Shown here piece by piece: positions 1-11,032 of a DNA stretch of 36,918 nt. The stretch covers positions 1 through 36,918 of the forward strand of contig CAKSSZ010000001.1 of NCBI GenBank assembly GCA_934489915.1. Direction: 5' to 3'. The first letter of the stretch is position 1. Every line of letters starts with the position of its first letter. The notes under the pieces are model-generated. The model made no database searches, was not told the origin of the DNA, and saw only the letters and a list, made by a program, of their open reading frames with translations. The position numbers and the translations under genes were made by a program. This DNA is from an uncultured Clostridia bacterium. GTDB lineage: Bacteria; Bacillota; Clostridia; HGM11514.

Positions 1-693
<693 letters not shown>

Positions 694-1239
694 TTATTCT
701 TCATAAACCGAACGTTTTAATACACCCAAGTAGGGCAAATTGCGGAATTTTTCTCCATAATCCAAGCCGTATCCGATTACAAACTCATCCGGGATTTCAA
801 ATCCGGTGTACTTTACCTCCACCGGCACAACCCGGCGGGAAGGCTTATCAAAAATGGCACAAACATCCACCGCTGCCGCCTGCTTACCCTTCAGGTAATC
901 CAGCAGAAAGCTCAGGGTATTTCCGCTGTCTACCACATCCTCTGCAATAATCACATGCTTTCCCTCCACGGAAATATCCAAATCCTTTACGATTTGAACA
1001 TGACCGGAGGATTTGGTGCCGCTGCCATAAGAAGAAACATACATAAACCCGATGCTGAGAGGTAAATCAATGGAACGAATTAAATCAGAGGCAAACAATG
1101 CCGCACCCTTTAAGACGCATACAATTGCAACCTCCTGACCGGCATAATCCCGTGTGATGGCTGCGCCCAGCTGCTCCACCCTCGCTGCAATTTCCTCCTT
1201 GGTGTATAAGATCTTTTCCACCATATCCTGCTGGCTCAT
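694..1239 (-). CDS. hpt: hypoxanthine-guanine phosphoribosyltransferase
   Basis: 181-aa ORF with PRPP-binding motif VIIAEDVVDSGNTLSFL. 4-nt ATGA overlap with tilS. tilS-hpt-ftsH synteny. Confidence 0.92.
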   Translation of the reverse strand: MSQQDMVEKILYTKEEIAARVEQLGAAITRDYAGQEVAIVCVLKGAALFASDLIRSIDLPLSIGFMYVSSYGSGTKSSGHVQIVKDLDISVEGKHVIIAEDVVDSGNTLSFLLDYLKGKQAAAVDVCAIFDKPSRRVVPVEVKYTGFEIPDEFVIGYGLDYGEKFRNLPYLGVLKRSVYEE

Positions 1240-2585
1240 TTCTCATCCGTCCTTTCCCACTGAACAATCAGACAATCCTCCTTGCCCCGGTAAGCTTTGG
1301 CAACCCCCAGCCCCGTTCCGCCAATGATTGTGCCGCCGCATTCTGCAAGCACAAGCAGTTGTCTTTCATAACGGGGTATTTTCCGATCAATCAGTACTTT
1401 TTTTAACTTTTGTTTTATTCCGTTCAGGCAGATCACATCCCCTGCCCGACGGTTTCTCAAATAGATCCCCTGTTGTACCAAGGAGTAATCAAATGCCCAG
1501 CCGCAGTTTTCCGGACAATCCTGCGCCGTTCCCCGATATGCAGTAAACAAATACGGAGAACCGGTTGGCTGCACCTGCGCCCCCTCTTTTAGCAAAATCC
1601 GAAAAGGAGGAAGCTCCCGCCGGCGGTAGATCCGCAGCATTTCATAGCTGTTTTCTACCCAAATATCCTCCCCCAAACAATAGCGCTTTCCGGTGGTTCC
1701 CCGATGCAGCACTGCCAATGCACTCTCCACCCGGTCATACCACAAATTTTGCATAGAACCGTAAATTCGCTCCCACGCAAGCCGCAAAACACGCCGCTGC
1801 AGGGCAGGTGAAAGCAATAAAAATTCATCCCGGCGGCAGCAATAGCCGCCCTCGCAGATACGCATCATCTTCCAGGCAGATTCCGTATCCTGCCGCAATT
1901 GATCTGCATCCCTGCGAGATGATTCCGCCGTCCTTGCCAATAAATCCACAACTCTCGGCTGCAGCTGCTCCAATAAAGGGAGAAGATCCAACCGAATTTG
2001 GTTTCTTTTATAAATACGGGAAAGGTTGCTTTGGTCTGTACAATAGGAAAGCCCTTCTTCCCGGCAAAACGCTTCTATTTCAGCCCGACTGACCGACAGC
2101 AACGGGCGAATCAGCCCATTTTGTATGGGCGCCATTGCTCCCAGACCGTCCGTCCCGCTGCCGCGCAGCAAATGGAGCAGCACTGTTTCTGCCTGGTCAT
2201 TCTTATGGTGAGCCAGTGCAATTTTATCCTGTTGTAAGGAAGCAAAAAAGCGGTATCGCAGCTCACGCCCGGCCGTTTCTACGCTGATTTTTTTCCGGGC
2301 AGCCCAAGCCGCAACATCTTCCGTTGCCGTAAAAAGCGGCACCTGCAGCGACCGGCAAAGCTGCCGGCAAAAGGAGGCGTCCTGTTCTGCCTCCGGCCGC
2401 AGTCCGTGATTTAAATGCGCCGCAGACAAAGTAAATTCCATTTGTTCGGATAATCGACTGCAAAGTGCCAGTAAGCAAACCGAATCCGCCCCGCCTGACA
2501 AAGCAACGCAAATCCGCTCCCCCGGCAGGATTAATTCATGCTCGGTTACAGCGTTCAGAAAACACTCCCATACCTTAGACATCAT
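1236..2585 (-). CDS. tilS: tRNA(Ile)-lysidine synthase
   Basis: 449-aa ORF. N-terminal PP-loop ALSGGADSVCLL. Size and position upstream of hpt/ftsH fit. Confidence 0.9.
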   Translation of the reverse strand: MMSKVWECFLNAVTEHELILPGERICVALSGGADSVCLLALCSRLSEQMEFTLSAAHLNHGLRPEAEQDASFCRQLCRSLQVPLFTATEDVAAWAARKKISVETAGRELRYRFFASLQQDKIALAHHKNDQAETVLLHLLRGSGTDGLGAMAPIQNGLIRPLLSVSRAEIEAFCREEGLSYCTDQSNLSRIYKRNQIRLDLLPLLEQLQPRVVDLLARTAESSRRDADQLRQDTESAWKMMRICEGGYCCRRDEFLLLSPALQRRVLRLAWERIYGSMQNLWYDRVESALAVLHRGTTGKRYCLGEDIWVENSYEMLRIYRRRELPPFRILLKEGAQVQPTGSPYLFTAYRGTAQDCPENCGWAFDYSLVQQGIYLRNRRAGDVICLNGIKQKLKKVLIDRKIPRYERQLLVLAECGGTIIGGTGLGVAKAYRGKEDCLIVQWERTDEK

Positions 2586-3909
2586 TTCGCTCCAAATTGC
2601 AGAATTTGGTAAACTGTCCTAAAAAGCACATTTTCAATGTCCCCGTAGAGCCGCTTCTATGCTTGGCCACAATACATTCCGCCACATTTCGCTCTTCGGT
2701 ATTTTCATTGTAAACCTCGTCTCTATATAAAAACATAACAATGTCAGCGTCCTGCTCAATCGAACCGGATTCACGCAAATCGGAAAGCATCGGCCGGTGA
2801 TCTGCCCGCTGCTCCGGCGCACGGGACAGCTGTGAAAGTGCAATCACCGGCACGTCCAGCTCCTTTGCCATCAGCTTTAAGGAACGGGAAATGTCGCTGA
2901 CCTCCTGCTGACGGGACTCGCTCCTGCGCCCCTCCATCAGCTGCAAATAATCCACCACAATCAGTCCCAGGTTTTTTTCCTGCTTCAACCGTTTGCACTT
3001 GGAGCGGATTTCATTAATGGAGATACTGGCTGTATCATCCAGATAAAAAGGAACATTATAATACATCTTGGCGGCTTTATTCAGCCGATCCCAATCGTTG
3101 GAGTCCAGATTGCCCACCTTCATTTTACCGGCGTCTACCAACGCCTCAGCGCAAAGGAGACGGCTGACCAGCTGTTCCTTGGACATTTCCAATGCAAAAA
3201 ACGCAGTCGGCACCTTTCCCCGTGATGCAGCATATTGGGCAATATTTAATGCCAGCGCTGATTTTCCCACGGCTGGTCTTGCCGCCAGTAATACCAAGTC
3301 GGAATTATGCAGCCCTGCCGTCAGTTTATCCAAATCAGACAAGCCGGTAGAAATCCCGGTAACAGCGCCGGAGTTCTGGGATAATTTCAGCAGCATATCA
3401 AAGGTTTGAGGAATCACCTCATCCACACGCACAAAGTCCCGCTGCTCCTTATCCTGCAAAATATCAAAGATTTTTTGCTCTGCAGCGTCCATAATAACGG
3501 GGACTTCTTCCGTTTCTGTCACACACAGCTCCGTGATCTCCCCCGCTGCCTTGATCAGCTTGCGCAGGGTAGATTTATCCTTCACAATTTTAATGTAATA
3601 TTGTAAGTTTTCCGTAGTCGGAACGCTTGCCGCCAATTCCGCAAGATAGGGTAGCCCGCCGATTGCCTCCAGGCTGCCCCGCTGCTGCAATTGATTTTGC
3701 AGCACCACTGCGTCTACCGGCTTTCCCAGATGATACAAATCCGTCATGGCGCAAAATACCTCGCGGGTCACCTGTAAATAAAAATCCTCTTCCCGCAATG
3801 CGCCGGCAACAGTCGAAATTTGCTCCGGGTCAAACAAAACGGCTCCCAGCACGCTTTGCTCTGCCTGCCGACTATAGGGCACTGTTTTAAATCCTTCGCC
3901 CTGCGTCAT
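2575..3909 (-). CDS. dnaB: replicative DNA helicase (DnaB family; dnaC in Bacillus nomenclature)
   Basis: 444-aa ORF. N-terminal PYSRQAEQSVLGAVL, Walker A ARPAVGKSALAL, no intein. Follows rplI as in Bacillus. Confidence 0.95.
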   Translation of the reverse strand: MTQGEGFKTVPYSRQAEQSVLGAVLFDPEQISTVAGALREEDFYLQVTREVFCAMTDLYHLGKPVDAVVLQNQLQQRGSLEAIGGLPYLAELAASVPTTENLQYYIKIVKDKSTLRKLIKAAGEITELCVTETEEVPVIMDAAEQKIFDILQDKEQRDFVRVDEVIPQTFDMLLKLSQNSGAVTGISTGLSDLDKLTAGLHNSDLVLLAARPAVGKSALALNIAQYAASRGKVPTAFFALEMSKEQLVSRLLCAEALVDAGKMKVGNLDSNDWDRLNKAAKMYYNVPFYLDDTASISINEIRSKCKRLKQEKNLGLIVVDYLQLMEGRRSESRQQEVSDISRSLKLMAKELDVPVIALSQLSRAPEQRADHRPMLSDLRESGSIEQDADIVMFLYRDEVYNENTEERNVAECIVAKHRSGSTGTLKMCFLGQFTKFCNLERNDV

Positions 3910-4014
3910 ATGCCCTTGCTCCTTCCTATAGCTCCCTGATCGGAATCCGGGCTTCCCTGTTTCGTGAAATCTTGATTCACCGTGTTACACCCGCCGGAAT
4001 TCCGTTTGTTTTCC

Positions 4015-4464
4015 CTATGCCTCCGTCACCTTCACCGTACAGGTGCTATGCACCTGGGGATGCAGCTTCACTTCAAGCTTATGGGTTCCGGTCGTTTTAA
4101 TCCCGCCGTCCGGCACAACCAGCTTGCGTTTATCCACAACAACATGCAGCTGCATTTTAACCGCCTCGGCAATGTCCTTTGCTGTGATCGAGCCAAACAA
4201 TTTTCCGTTTTCCCCGGCTTTTGCAGACAATGCAACGGAACCTGCTTCCAGCTTTTTCGCAATGTCCTGTGCCTGTTCCAATTCCTGCTGCTTCCGGAAA
4301 GCCTCCGCCTCCTGCCGCCCTTTTAACACGTTCAAGCTGGATTTGTTGGCCTCCACCGCCAAACCCCGAGGCAGCAAGAAGTTCCTGGCGTATCCGTCGC
4401 TCACCTCTACATAATCGCCTTTTTTCCCTTTTCCTTTCACATCTGCCTGTAAAATCACTTTCAT
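4015..4464 (-). CDS. rplI: 50S ribosomal protein L9
   Basis: [36 protein letters not shown] is the canonical L9 N-terminus. The ORF-track start at 4527 was trimmed to the internal ATG at 4464. Confidence 0.93.
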   Translation of the reverse strand: MKVILQADVKGKGKKGDYVEVSDGYARNFLLPRGLAVEANKSSLNVLKGRQEAEAFRKQQELEQAQDIAKKLEAGSVALSAKAGENGKLFGSITAKDIAEAVKMQLHVVVDKRKLVVPDGGIKTTGTHKLEVKLHPQVHSTCTVKVTEA

Positions 4465-4543
4465 ATGAATTCCCTGTACCTTTCTCCCGCTTTTTTCCTC
4501 GCCGTGCCTGCGGGCAGAGCATGGCATATTTCAGGCAAGGCAA

Positions 4544-6502
4544 TCAGCCCTGCTCATTTTGCAAATATTGATCAATCAAAGAAAGCACCTGTTGTTTTGC
4601 TTCCTCCAATGTGGCTCCTTCTAAAATCACACCGGCTGCTGTCTGGTGACCGCCTCCGCCGATTTGCTCCAACACCCGCTGTACATTGACTGCTCCTCTG
4701 GAACGTGCGCTGATATGCACATGCCCCTCATGAGGACAAAGAACGAAGCTGGCGTTGATTTCTTCAATGGTAAGCAACTCGTCTGCCGTCATGGGCATAA
4801 TCTGCATGTCGTCCTTCCCGGGCAGGCAATAAGTAACAGCAAAATGTTTTTGATAAATGTTTGCATGTTCCACAGCGTCTGCAATTTTACGGAAGGTTTC
4901 CAAATCCGTTTGAAACATTGCCTGCACCCGTACCGGGTCAGCGCCCATGCGGCGCAGATAAGAGGCAGCGTCAAAGGTTCGCACATTGGTTCTCACCGTA
5001 AAGTTTTTCGTATCCAGCACAATGCCGCTCAGCATCGCCTCCGCCTCCGTCTTGGATAACCGGAGACCGTTCCCGATATATTGCAGAATTTCACTAACCA
5101 TTTCACAGGTGGACGAAGCATACGGCTCCTGATAAGTCAATGCTGCCTGGTTAATAAACTCGGTGCTCCTGCGATGGTGATCAATCAAAACCACATGAGA
5201 GGATCGCTCCACCAATGCCGGACATTCCACCAAAGAAGGCCGGTGAATATCCACCACGACCACCAATGTATTCTCCCGTACAAAATTCGTCGCATGCGCC
5301 GGTTCTAACCAAAAAGGCGGCAAGTCCTTTTTCAGCCCGCTGACCATTTTTTTCACGGAAGAATTGCACTCTCCCAGCACCACCCGAATCGGCGTATCCA
5401 AATGGCGGGCAATGGCACAAATTCCCAACGCTGCGCCAATGCAATCCGCATCCGGATTTTTATGTCCCATAACAATCACATCGGAGGCATTGCGAATGAG
5501 TCCGCACAACGCCTGGGCTACTACTCTCGCCCGAACCCGGGTCCGTTTTTCCGTTTCCCGGGAATTCCCGCCAAAGAAAGAGAATTGATCCTCCTGCTTT
5601 ACTACCGCCTGATCGCCGCCCCGTCCCAGCGCAAGCTCCAATGCCGCCTGAGACGCAGAAAATGCGTCTGCCACAGACTTCTGCCGGCTGCCCAGTCCAA
5701 TGCTCAGGGTAACCGGAATTTCTCCGTATCCTTTGATTTTTTTCACTTCGTTTAAAATAGAGAACTTCTCATCCAGCAGCTGGTTCAAATGCCGCTGATC
5801 TAAAATCAGCAAAAACCGATCCCGCTCCATGCGGCGAATCATGCCCTCAAGGGGCGCTGCCCAATGATACAACAGGCTTTCTAACTCAATTAACAGTTTA
5901 TTTTGTTCTCCGTCCGCCAAGCCGGACATGACCTCGGCGTAATTATCTACAGTAATGGTTCCTGCCGCAATTCGTTCCGCATAATACCCTTGTTCTAAAA
6001 AACGTTCCCGGGTAATATCAATTAACATCACGCTCCGGCTTACCGTCTCTCCCTCTAAGGTCTGCACCAGCAAGGAATAGGTTTTCTCATGAAAAACAAT
6101 ATCCCGCACAAATGCTTTCTTTTCCTCCAACCCGTTACAGCCGGGCAAAAATTTCCCGATCGGTGCACCGATCAGCCCCGCCCCGGGAAACAAATTCCCA
6201 AATTCCAGATTGAACCACTGAATTTCACCTTTTAAATTGGTAATGGCACAAGGATAAATCAATTCCATTAAAAGCTGCCGCGTACTGTTATTCGCAGAAT
6301 GATTGGCTTGCAGCAATGCATCCTCCAGCTTTCGTTCCGATTCCTTTTTCCCCAAACGAATCATTTTAAAATGAGAAAACACCGCGCATATTGACAAAGC
6401 CGCCGCAATCGCTCCCACTGCCGGCCACACCGCAAGCAGCGCCGCCGATAAAAACGCCAGCAGGCAGGTATTTCCCCAAAACAAAAGCTCCTCTTTTTTC
6501 AT
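4544..6502 (-). CDS. gdpP: cyclic-di-AMP phosphodiesterase GdpP (YybT-type: 2 TM, PAS-like, degenerate GGDEF, DHH/DHHA1)
   Basis: Two N-terminal hydrophobic helices, DHH motifs (NPDADCIGA, LIDHHRRS) and DHHA1 GGGGH. yybS-gdpP-rplI-dnaB synteny. Start trimmed to MKKEELLF (ATG 6502) preceded by GAAGGAG. Confidence 0.88.
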   Translation of the reverse strand: MKKEELLFWGNTCLLAFLSAALLAVWPAVGAIAAALSICAVFSHFKMIRLGKKESERKLEDALLQANHSANNSTRQLLMELIYPCAITNLKGEIQWFNLEFGNLFPGAGLIGAPIGKFLPGCNGLEEKKAFVRDIVFHEKTYSLLVQTLEGETVSRSVMLIDITRERFLEQGYYAERIAAGTITVDNYAEVMSGLADGEQNKLLIELESLLYHWAAPLEGMIRRMERDRFLLILDQRHLNQLLDEKFSILNEVKKIKGYGEIPVTLSIGLGSRQKSVADAFSASQAALELALGRGGDQAVVKQEDQFSFFGGNSRETEKRTRVRARVVAQALCGLIRNASDVIVMGHKNPDADCIGAALGICAIARHLDTPIRVVLGECNSSVKKMVSGLKKDLPPFWLEPAHATNFVRENTLVVVVDIHRPSLVECPALVERSSHVVLIDHHRRSTEFINQAALTYQEPYASSTCEMVSEILQYIGNGLRLSKTEAEAMLSGIVLDTKNFTVRTNVRTFDAASYLRRMGADPVRVQAMFQTDLETFRKIADAVEHANIYQKHFAVTYCLPGKDDMQIMPMTADELLTIEEINASFVLCPHEGHVHISARSRGAVNVQRVLEQIGGGGHQTAAGVILEGATLEEAKQQVLSLIDQYLQNEQG

Positions 6503-6555
6503 ACGCCAAAGCTCCTTCTTTTTTCCCTGATTCAGGATATGCCGGATGCAAAATC

Positions 6556-7473
6556 TCACCCGACCCGCAGCTTCCGGAAATCCGCAAATGCGTCTATCGC
6601 TCCGATTAAGGCTGTCAGCTGTCCAAGAAATAATAAAAACGGAAGAACCAAACACAGCAACAACACCCTTACTCCTTTAGGCAGCCCGGTTTTTTTGATT
6701 CCGTAACTCAGAAAAGAAAGACCGCAAACTGTCAAAATTGCCATCAACACGCATACAGCGTTGCCGATTGCAAAGCATATGGGAGTTCGGGGCATTCCGA
6801 TAAAGAGAAAAAACAGTAAATAATAGCCGCCTGCAATCAACCGCGGTGCCTGCAACTGACTAAAGGAAGGAACCTGCTCGCAGAAAAAGCCCATTCTCCG
6901 CAGCACGCCCCGGCCAATCATCAGATTTCCCAATGTCATTCCGGCAGCCACCGTCAAAAAACACGCCGGCAAAAAAAGCATGATCTGGTCGGCCATATCT
7001 GAAAAATCCACACCTTCAAAACCAACCCCTGCCGCTGTTTGCAAGGACGCCAAGGTCTGCTGGGTCAGCAGTTTTAATTCCTCGACAAAATCAACCCCCA
7101 GCAACCTTTTTTGCAATAAAATCACTGCAATCATAGCCAGCAGCTGAACAAAGGTTCCGGTTAACAGCATGGTAGAAAAATCCAGCCGCTTACGAAAGCC
7201 AAGCCCAATCGCCAGCCCCGGCAGAATGGTCAGCAAACCACCGCACAGCAACCCGCTGATCGGGTCGGAAAGCAGCATGGTCAGCGCCAAGGAAACAATC
7301 GCCCCCAGCGCAACCGCTTTTCCGTCCGGCACACTGATGGTCAACACCACTACGGTACACACCGCCAAAAAAAGTCCAAGAAAAGAAAAAACGGGCAAAT
7401 AAAGAAACAATAAGAGAAATACTACTATTAAGGCAGAAAAAATTCCTGCCCTAACAAAATCCTTCGTTTTCAT
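6556..7473 (-). CDS. YybS-like polytopic membrane protein (DUF2232)
   Basis: Highly hydrophobic multi-TM ORF immediately upstream of gdpP, as yybS is in Bacillus. Start trimmed to MKTKDFVRAG (ATG 7473). Confidence 0.75.
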   Translation of the reverse strand: MKTKDFVRAGIFSALIVVFLLLFLYLPVFSFLGLFLAVCTVVVLTISVPDGKAVALGAIVSLALTMLLSDPISGLLCGGLLTILPGLAIGLGFRKRLDFSTMLLTGTFVQLLAMIAVILLQKRLLGVDFVEELKLLTQQTLASLQTAAGVGFEGVDFSDMADQIMLFLPACFLTVAAGMTLGNLMIGRGVLRRMGFFCEQVPSFSQLQAPRLIAGGYYLLFFLFIGMPRTPICFAIGNAVCVLMAILTVCGLSFLSYGIKKTGLPKGVRVLLLCLVLPFLLFLGQLTALIGAIDAFADFRKLRVG

Positions 7474-7509
7474 CCCACCCCCGCCTTTCAAAATTCCCGT
7501 AATAGGTTT

Positions 7510-7538
7510 ATTATACCATATTTTTTTCAAAAGTACAA
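7510..7538 (-). promoter_or_regulatory. sigma-A-like promoter upstream of yybS (TTGTAC-17 nt-TATAAT, TGn extended -10)
   Basis: Minus strand reads TTGTACTTTTGAAAAAAATATGGTATAAT in the 73-nt gap between yihY and yybS. Confidence 0.45.
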
Positions 7539-7546
7539 TCCCTTTT

Positions 7547-8350
7547 TTACATTTCTTTTCGCTGCTCTTTTTGATATAAAAAAGCATTGATTTCATTTCC
7601 CAAAAGCAAGGAAAAGGAAACCAGATAAAGCCATAAAAGCAGCACCACAAATCCACCCAGAGTACCGTAAACAACCGTATAATTTCCAAAGTTATTCACA
7701 TAAAGCTCAAAGCCCACCGTGCAGACAATCCAAAGCACCGTTGCCACCACTGCTCCGGGCAGAACCTGCCGAAAGGTCAGGCGAATCCGAGGCACCCGGG
7801 AATAAATCACCGCAAGCGCAAACACAAATACAAAAAACATCAGCCAGATCCGCAGCTGACTCAGTAAAAAGGTCACATGCCCATTGGTGATATGCTGCAC
7901 AATAAAACGGTTACTCAATAAAATCACCGCCAGAGACAAAACAATAAACAGCACCAGGGAAACGGTGATACAAAACGAGATGAAATAATACGCAATAAAA
8001 TGCCTGCTGCCACTGGACTCATACCCTTGATTCAAGCATCGGTAAATTGCCTTGGAGCCTTTGGTAGCAACCCACAATGCCGAAATAAACCCAACAGAAA
8101 ACATCCCGCTGTTCCATTCGGAAAACACCTGAACATTTTCTTGAATCAGCTGATAGGATACCTTCGGCAAGATGGCTTCCAGCTGCTCCATTAAAAGAGA
8201 AATTGCCGCCGGCTCATACTCTAACAGCGACACAATTGCAATCATGAACGGGAAAAAAGAGAGCAGCAAAAAATAGGAAAGCTGCGCAGCAATATTCCAA
8301 ATTTCATCCTTTTGCACCTTTTCTGCCAGCAGCAATAAATCCCAAAACAT
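7547..8350 (-). CDS. YihY/BrkB (virulence factor BrkB / formerly RNase BN) family membrane protein
   Basis: 267-aa multi-TM ORF. N-terminal IAAQLSYFLLLSFFPF and C-terminal WLYLVSFSLLLGNEINA are typical of the YihY family. Confidence 0.8.
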   Translation of the reverse strand: MFWDLLLLAEKVQKDEIWNIAAQLSYFLLLSFFPFMIAIVSLLEYEPAAISLLMEQLEAILPKVSYQLIQENVQVFSEWNSGMFSVGFISALWVATKGSKAIYRCLNQGYESSGSRHFIAYYFISFCITVSLVLFIVLSLAVILLSNRFIVQHITNGHVTFLLSQLRIWLMFFVFVFALAVIYSRVPRIRLTFRQVLPGAVVATVLWIVCTVGFELYVNNFGNYTVVYGTLGGFVVLLLWLYLVSFSLLLGNEINAFLYQKEQRKEM

Positions 8351-8477
8351 TTCCCCACCCCACTTTACAGCATGCTTTTCTTTCTATTATACTACAGATT
8401 GGCAGAAAAAAAAAGAGAAAATTTTAAAAACAGTCTCTTTTTCCTGTTTTGGACACAAAAATGCAAAGGAACGCATT

Positions 8478-8517
8478 AAAAAAGCGTCGGTGCACTGTAA
8501 AAACAACACACCAACGC
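8478..8517 (-). terminator. probable intrinsic terminator downstream of frr
   Basis: Minus strand has GCGTTGGTG...CACCGACGC, a 9-bp stem with one G-U and a 16-nt loop, followed by TTTTTT. Lies 17 nt after the frr stop. Confidence 0.5.
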
Positions 8518-8533
8518 TTTTTATTTTATTTCA

Positions 8534-9097
8534 TCAAACTGCCATAATTTCCTTTTCCTTTTCTGCAGCAACCTGATCCACTTCTTTAATATACCGATCT
8601 GTCAAATCCTGAATATCCTTCTCTGCGCTCTTCAAATCGTCTTCGGTAATTTCCCCGTTCTTTTTCTGCGCTTTAAACGCTTCCATTGCGTCTCTGCGAA
8701 TGGAACGAATGGCCACCTTACCCTCTTCTGCATACTTATGCACCTGCTTGCTTAATTCCTTTCTCCGTTCTTCCGTCAGCGGCGGAAAGTTCAGGCGGAT
8801 CAGCTTACCGTCATTGTTCGGCGTTAGTCCAAGCTCAGATTTCAAAATCGCCTTCTCAATTTCTTTTAAAATGCTACCGTCCCAAGGCTGAATGACCAAG
8901 GTTTTCGGATCAGGGGAAGAAATGGTTCCCACCTGCGCAATGGGTGTTGGTGTTCCGTAGTATTCCACCGTTACCCGATCCAGCACAGCGGCGCTTGCTT
9001 TTCCAACCCGAACGGTGGCGAAGGTATCCTTCAAAGCGCCAATGCTCTTTTTCATTTTTGTTTCATACACTTCATAATTTCCTTTTGCCATCTTCAA
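8534..9097 (-). CDS. frr: ribosome recycling factor
   Basis: 187-aa ORF with RVGKASAAVLDRVTVEYYGTPTPIAQV...LVIQPWD. pyrH-frr synteny. Confidence 0.95.
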   Translation of the reverse strand: MKMAKGNYEVYETKMKKSIGALKDTFATVRVGKASAAVLDRVTVEYYGTPTPIAQVGTISSPDPKTLVIQPWDGSILKEIEKAILKSELGLTPNNDGKLIRLNFPPLTEERRKELSKQVHKYAEEGKVAIRSIRRDAMEAFKAQKKNGEITEDDLKSAEKDIQDLTDRYIKEVDQVAAEKEKEIMAV

Positions 9098-9162
9098 TCA
9101 CGCTCCATTCCGCCGCCCTGCGTCGGCTTATTCTTTATTTTTTACAGGGAAAAGCTCGTTAT

Positions 9163-9867
9163 TTAATCTACAATTGTTCCAATTGTTTCTCCTGAAACTG
9201 CCTTCACAATATTCTCCGGATGATCTAACCCAAATACCAACAAGGGGATATGGTTATCCTTGCAGAGCGTAGCCGCAGTCAGATCCATCACGCCCAAATC
9301 CTGATTCAGCATTTCCATAAAAGAAATGTGATCGTATTTTTTCGCATTGGGATTTTGGTTTGGGTCGCTGTCATATACTCCATCCACTTTTTTTGCCAGT
9401 AAAATGACTTCTACACCCATTTCCGCCGCACGCAGCGCCGCTGCCGTATCAGTCGTAAAGTAAGGATTTCCCGTTCCGCAGGCAAAAATCACTACACGCC
9501 CCTTTTCCAAATGCCGCACCGCTCTGCCGCGAATATAAGGCTCTGCAATCTGGCGCATCTCAATCCCGGTTTGAACACGGGTAGGCACGCCGTTGGCCTC
9601 TAAGGAATCCGCCATTGCTAACGCATTGATGACCGTTGCCAACATTCCCATGTGATCTGCCCGAGTACGATCCATCTGCCCGCCGCTGCGCCCTCTCCAG
9701 AAATTCCCGCCGCCGACCACAATAGAAACTTTGGTTCCCATCTCAACAACTTTTTTAATCTGAATGGCGATCGCATTTAACTTGTCAAAGTCAAGACCGG
9801 TTTTGCCCGCTCCTGCCAGTGCCTCACCGCTCAATTTCAACATCACGTTCCGGTATTTTGCTTCCAT
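9163..9867 (-). CDS. pyrH: UMP kinase
   Basis: 234-aa ORF with N-terminal [16 protein letters not shown] and an amino-acid-kinase fold pattern. Upstream of frr. Confidence 0.95.
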   Translation of the reverse strand: MEAKYRNVMLKLSGEALAGAGKTGLDFDKLNAIAIQIKKVVEMGTKVSIVVGGGNFWRGRSGGQMDRTRADHMGMLATVINALAMADSLEANGVPTRVQTGIEMRQIAEPYIRGRAVRHLEKGRVVIFACGTGNPYFTTDTAAALRAAEMGVEVILLAKKVDGVYDSDPNQNPNAKKYDHISFMEMLNQDLGVMDLTAATLCKDNHIPLLVFGLDHPENIVKAVSGETIGTIVD

Positions 9868-9900
9868 TTTTTTCGCTCCCTTATCTGATTTTAAAATCCG

Positions 9901-11013
9901 TTAGAACAACCGATCCCGTCCTTGCAGACGCAGCAATCCCTCTAAATAATAGTAATCGCCGTAGATCAGTGAAACATCCACATTGTGGTTCCGCTCATTG
10001 TTCCCCGTTGCGTGCAAAATCAATCCCTGATAGGCAGGATCGGGGCAGTAGCAATGCTCATATAAATTTTTCAGCAGCAGCTCTGCCGAGCGCACATAAA
10101 ACTTGGAGCGGGTGTACTTTGCAATTTCCAGCATCCCGCAGGCCGCAATACCGGCAGCGGATGCGTCCCAGGGAGTATTTTCCGTAACCGGCGCACGAAA
10201 ATCCCAATACGGAACCGGTTGATCTCCCATTGCTTCCATAAAGAAGGCCGCTGATTTTTTAGCAGACTTTAAGTATTTTTCATTCCCGGTATACTGATAT
10301 GCCAACGCCATTCCGTAAATCGCCCAGCCGCATCCGCGGGACCAAGCAGAATCCGGCCCATAGCCCTGTCCACCCAAGGCACAAATGCGCTTTCCGCTTT
10401 CCGGGTCAAAGCAAACAATATGGTGAGAGGAGCCGTCCTTGCGAATAAACTCCTTTAAAACGGTATCTGCATGGGCGCAAGCCACATGACGGTAACGGGG
10501 ATCTCCGGTCATTTCCGACGCCCAAAACAGCAAAGGAATATTCATCATGCAATCAATAATCGCCCAGCCTGCTACCGGCGGATCTTGCCGATCTGCCTGG
10601 TTCCAGGCACGAATAAACCGCCCCTTTGGATTAAACCGGGAAGCCAAGAATGCCGCTGCCTTCAACGCCCGTTTCTTAGAGGTTTCATTCCCGTTCAACC
10701 GATATTGCGCCACAGAGGAAAGCAGCCACATAAAGCCCACATCGTGATGTAATTCAAAATATTCCTCCAAGGGCTGATCCATTTTTTCCTCAATCTGCTG
10801 CGCCAGTCCCATGAAAATTTCTTCTTTTGTTTCCCGATAAGCCAGCCATAAAATCCCCGGCCAATATCCGTTGGTCCACCAGGAGGCTGCCTCATTATCG
10901 TATTTTCCGGTTTTACAAACGTGGGGAAAGGCGGTGCCGATTTCTCCCGCTGTTTGATGCAGTTTTTCCAACGCTTCCTTCCAGGCTTGCTCATACCAAA
11001 GTTCCATTACCAT
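9901..11013 (-). CDS. glycoside hydrolase family 88/105-like (unsaturated glucuronyl/rhamnogalacturonyl hydrolase), cytoplasmic
   Basis: Motifs WWTNGYWPGILWLAY, HHDVGFMW and AWSRGCGWAIYG are typical of alpha6/alpha6-barrel unsaturated uronyl hydrolases. No signal peptide. Start trimmed to ATG 11013 (MVMELWYEQ), which has GGAAGGAG 5 nt upstream. The ORF-track ATG at 11061 has no RBS. Confidence 0.8.
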   Translation of the reverse strand: MVMELWYEQAWKEALEKLHQTAGEIGTAFPHVCKTGKYDNEAASWWTNGYWPGILWLAYRETKEEIFMGLAQQIEEKMDQPLEEYFELHHDVGFMWLLSSVAQYRLNGNETSKKRALKAAAFLASRFNPKGRFIRAWNQADRQDPPVAGWAIIDCMMNIPLLFWASEMTGDPRYRHVACAHADTVLKEFIRKDGSSHHIVCFDPESGKRICALGGQGYGPDSAWSRGCGWAIYGMALAYQYTGNEKYLKSAKKSAAFFMEAMGDQPVPYWDFRAPVTENTPWDASAAGIAACGMLEIAKYTRSKFYVRSAELLLKNLYEHCYCPDPAYQGLILHATGNNERNHNVDVSLIYGDYYYLEGLLRLQGRDRLF

Positions 11014-11032
11014 CCAATCTCCTTCCCCATCG

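Noticed and set aside
3910-4014. 105-nt rplI-dnaB spacer with distant complementary segments GGAATTCCGG / CCGGATTCC
   Set aside because: The pairing is imperfect and widely spaced. I found no promoter hexamers, no U-tract and no recognisable RNA family, so it is noted only as unexplained spacer.
4130-4138. Perfect DnaA box TTATCCACA inside rplI, upstream of dnaB
   Set aside because: It is a single isolated 9-mer within a coding region. One occurrence in 37 kb on two strands is close to chance expectation (about 0.3). There is no cluster and no adjacent AT-rich unwinding element.
4465-4527. N-terminal extensions in the ORF track for rplI (4527), gdpP (6655), yybS (7689), GH88 (11061), cinA (19898), pyrE (26759), pyrF (27517), pyrD (28377) and EamA (31360)
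   Set aside because: In each case an internal ATG gives the canonical family N-terminus and has a Shine-Dalgarno sequence. The extended region overlaps the upstream gene or intergenic promoter sequence.
8351-8477. AT-rich yihY upstream region checked for a riboswitch, tRNA or small ORF
   Set aside because: It contains only a TATAAT with a poor -35 and a weak AAACAG/CTGTTT stem. There is no conserved riboswitch core or cloverleaf, and it is too low in GC for a structured RNA call.
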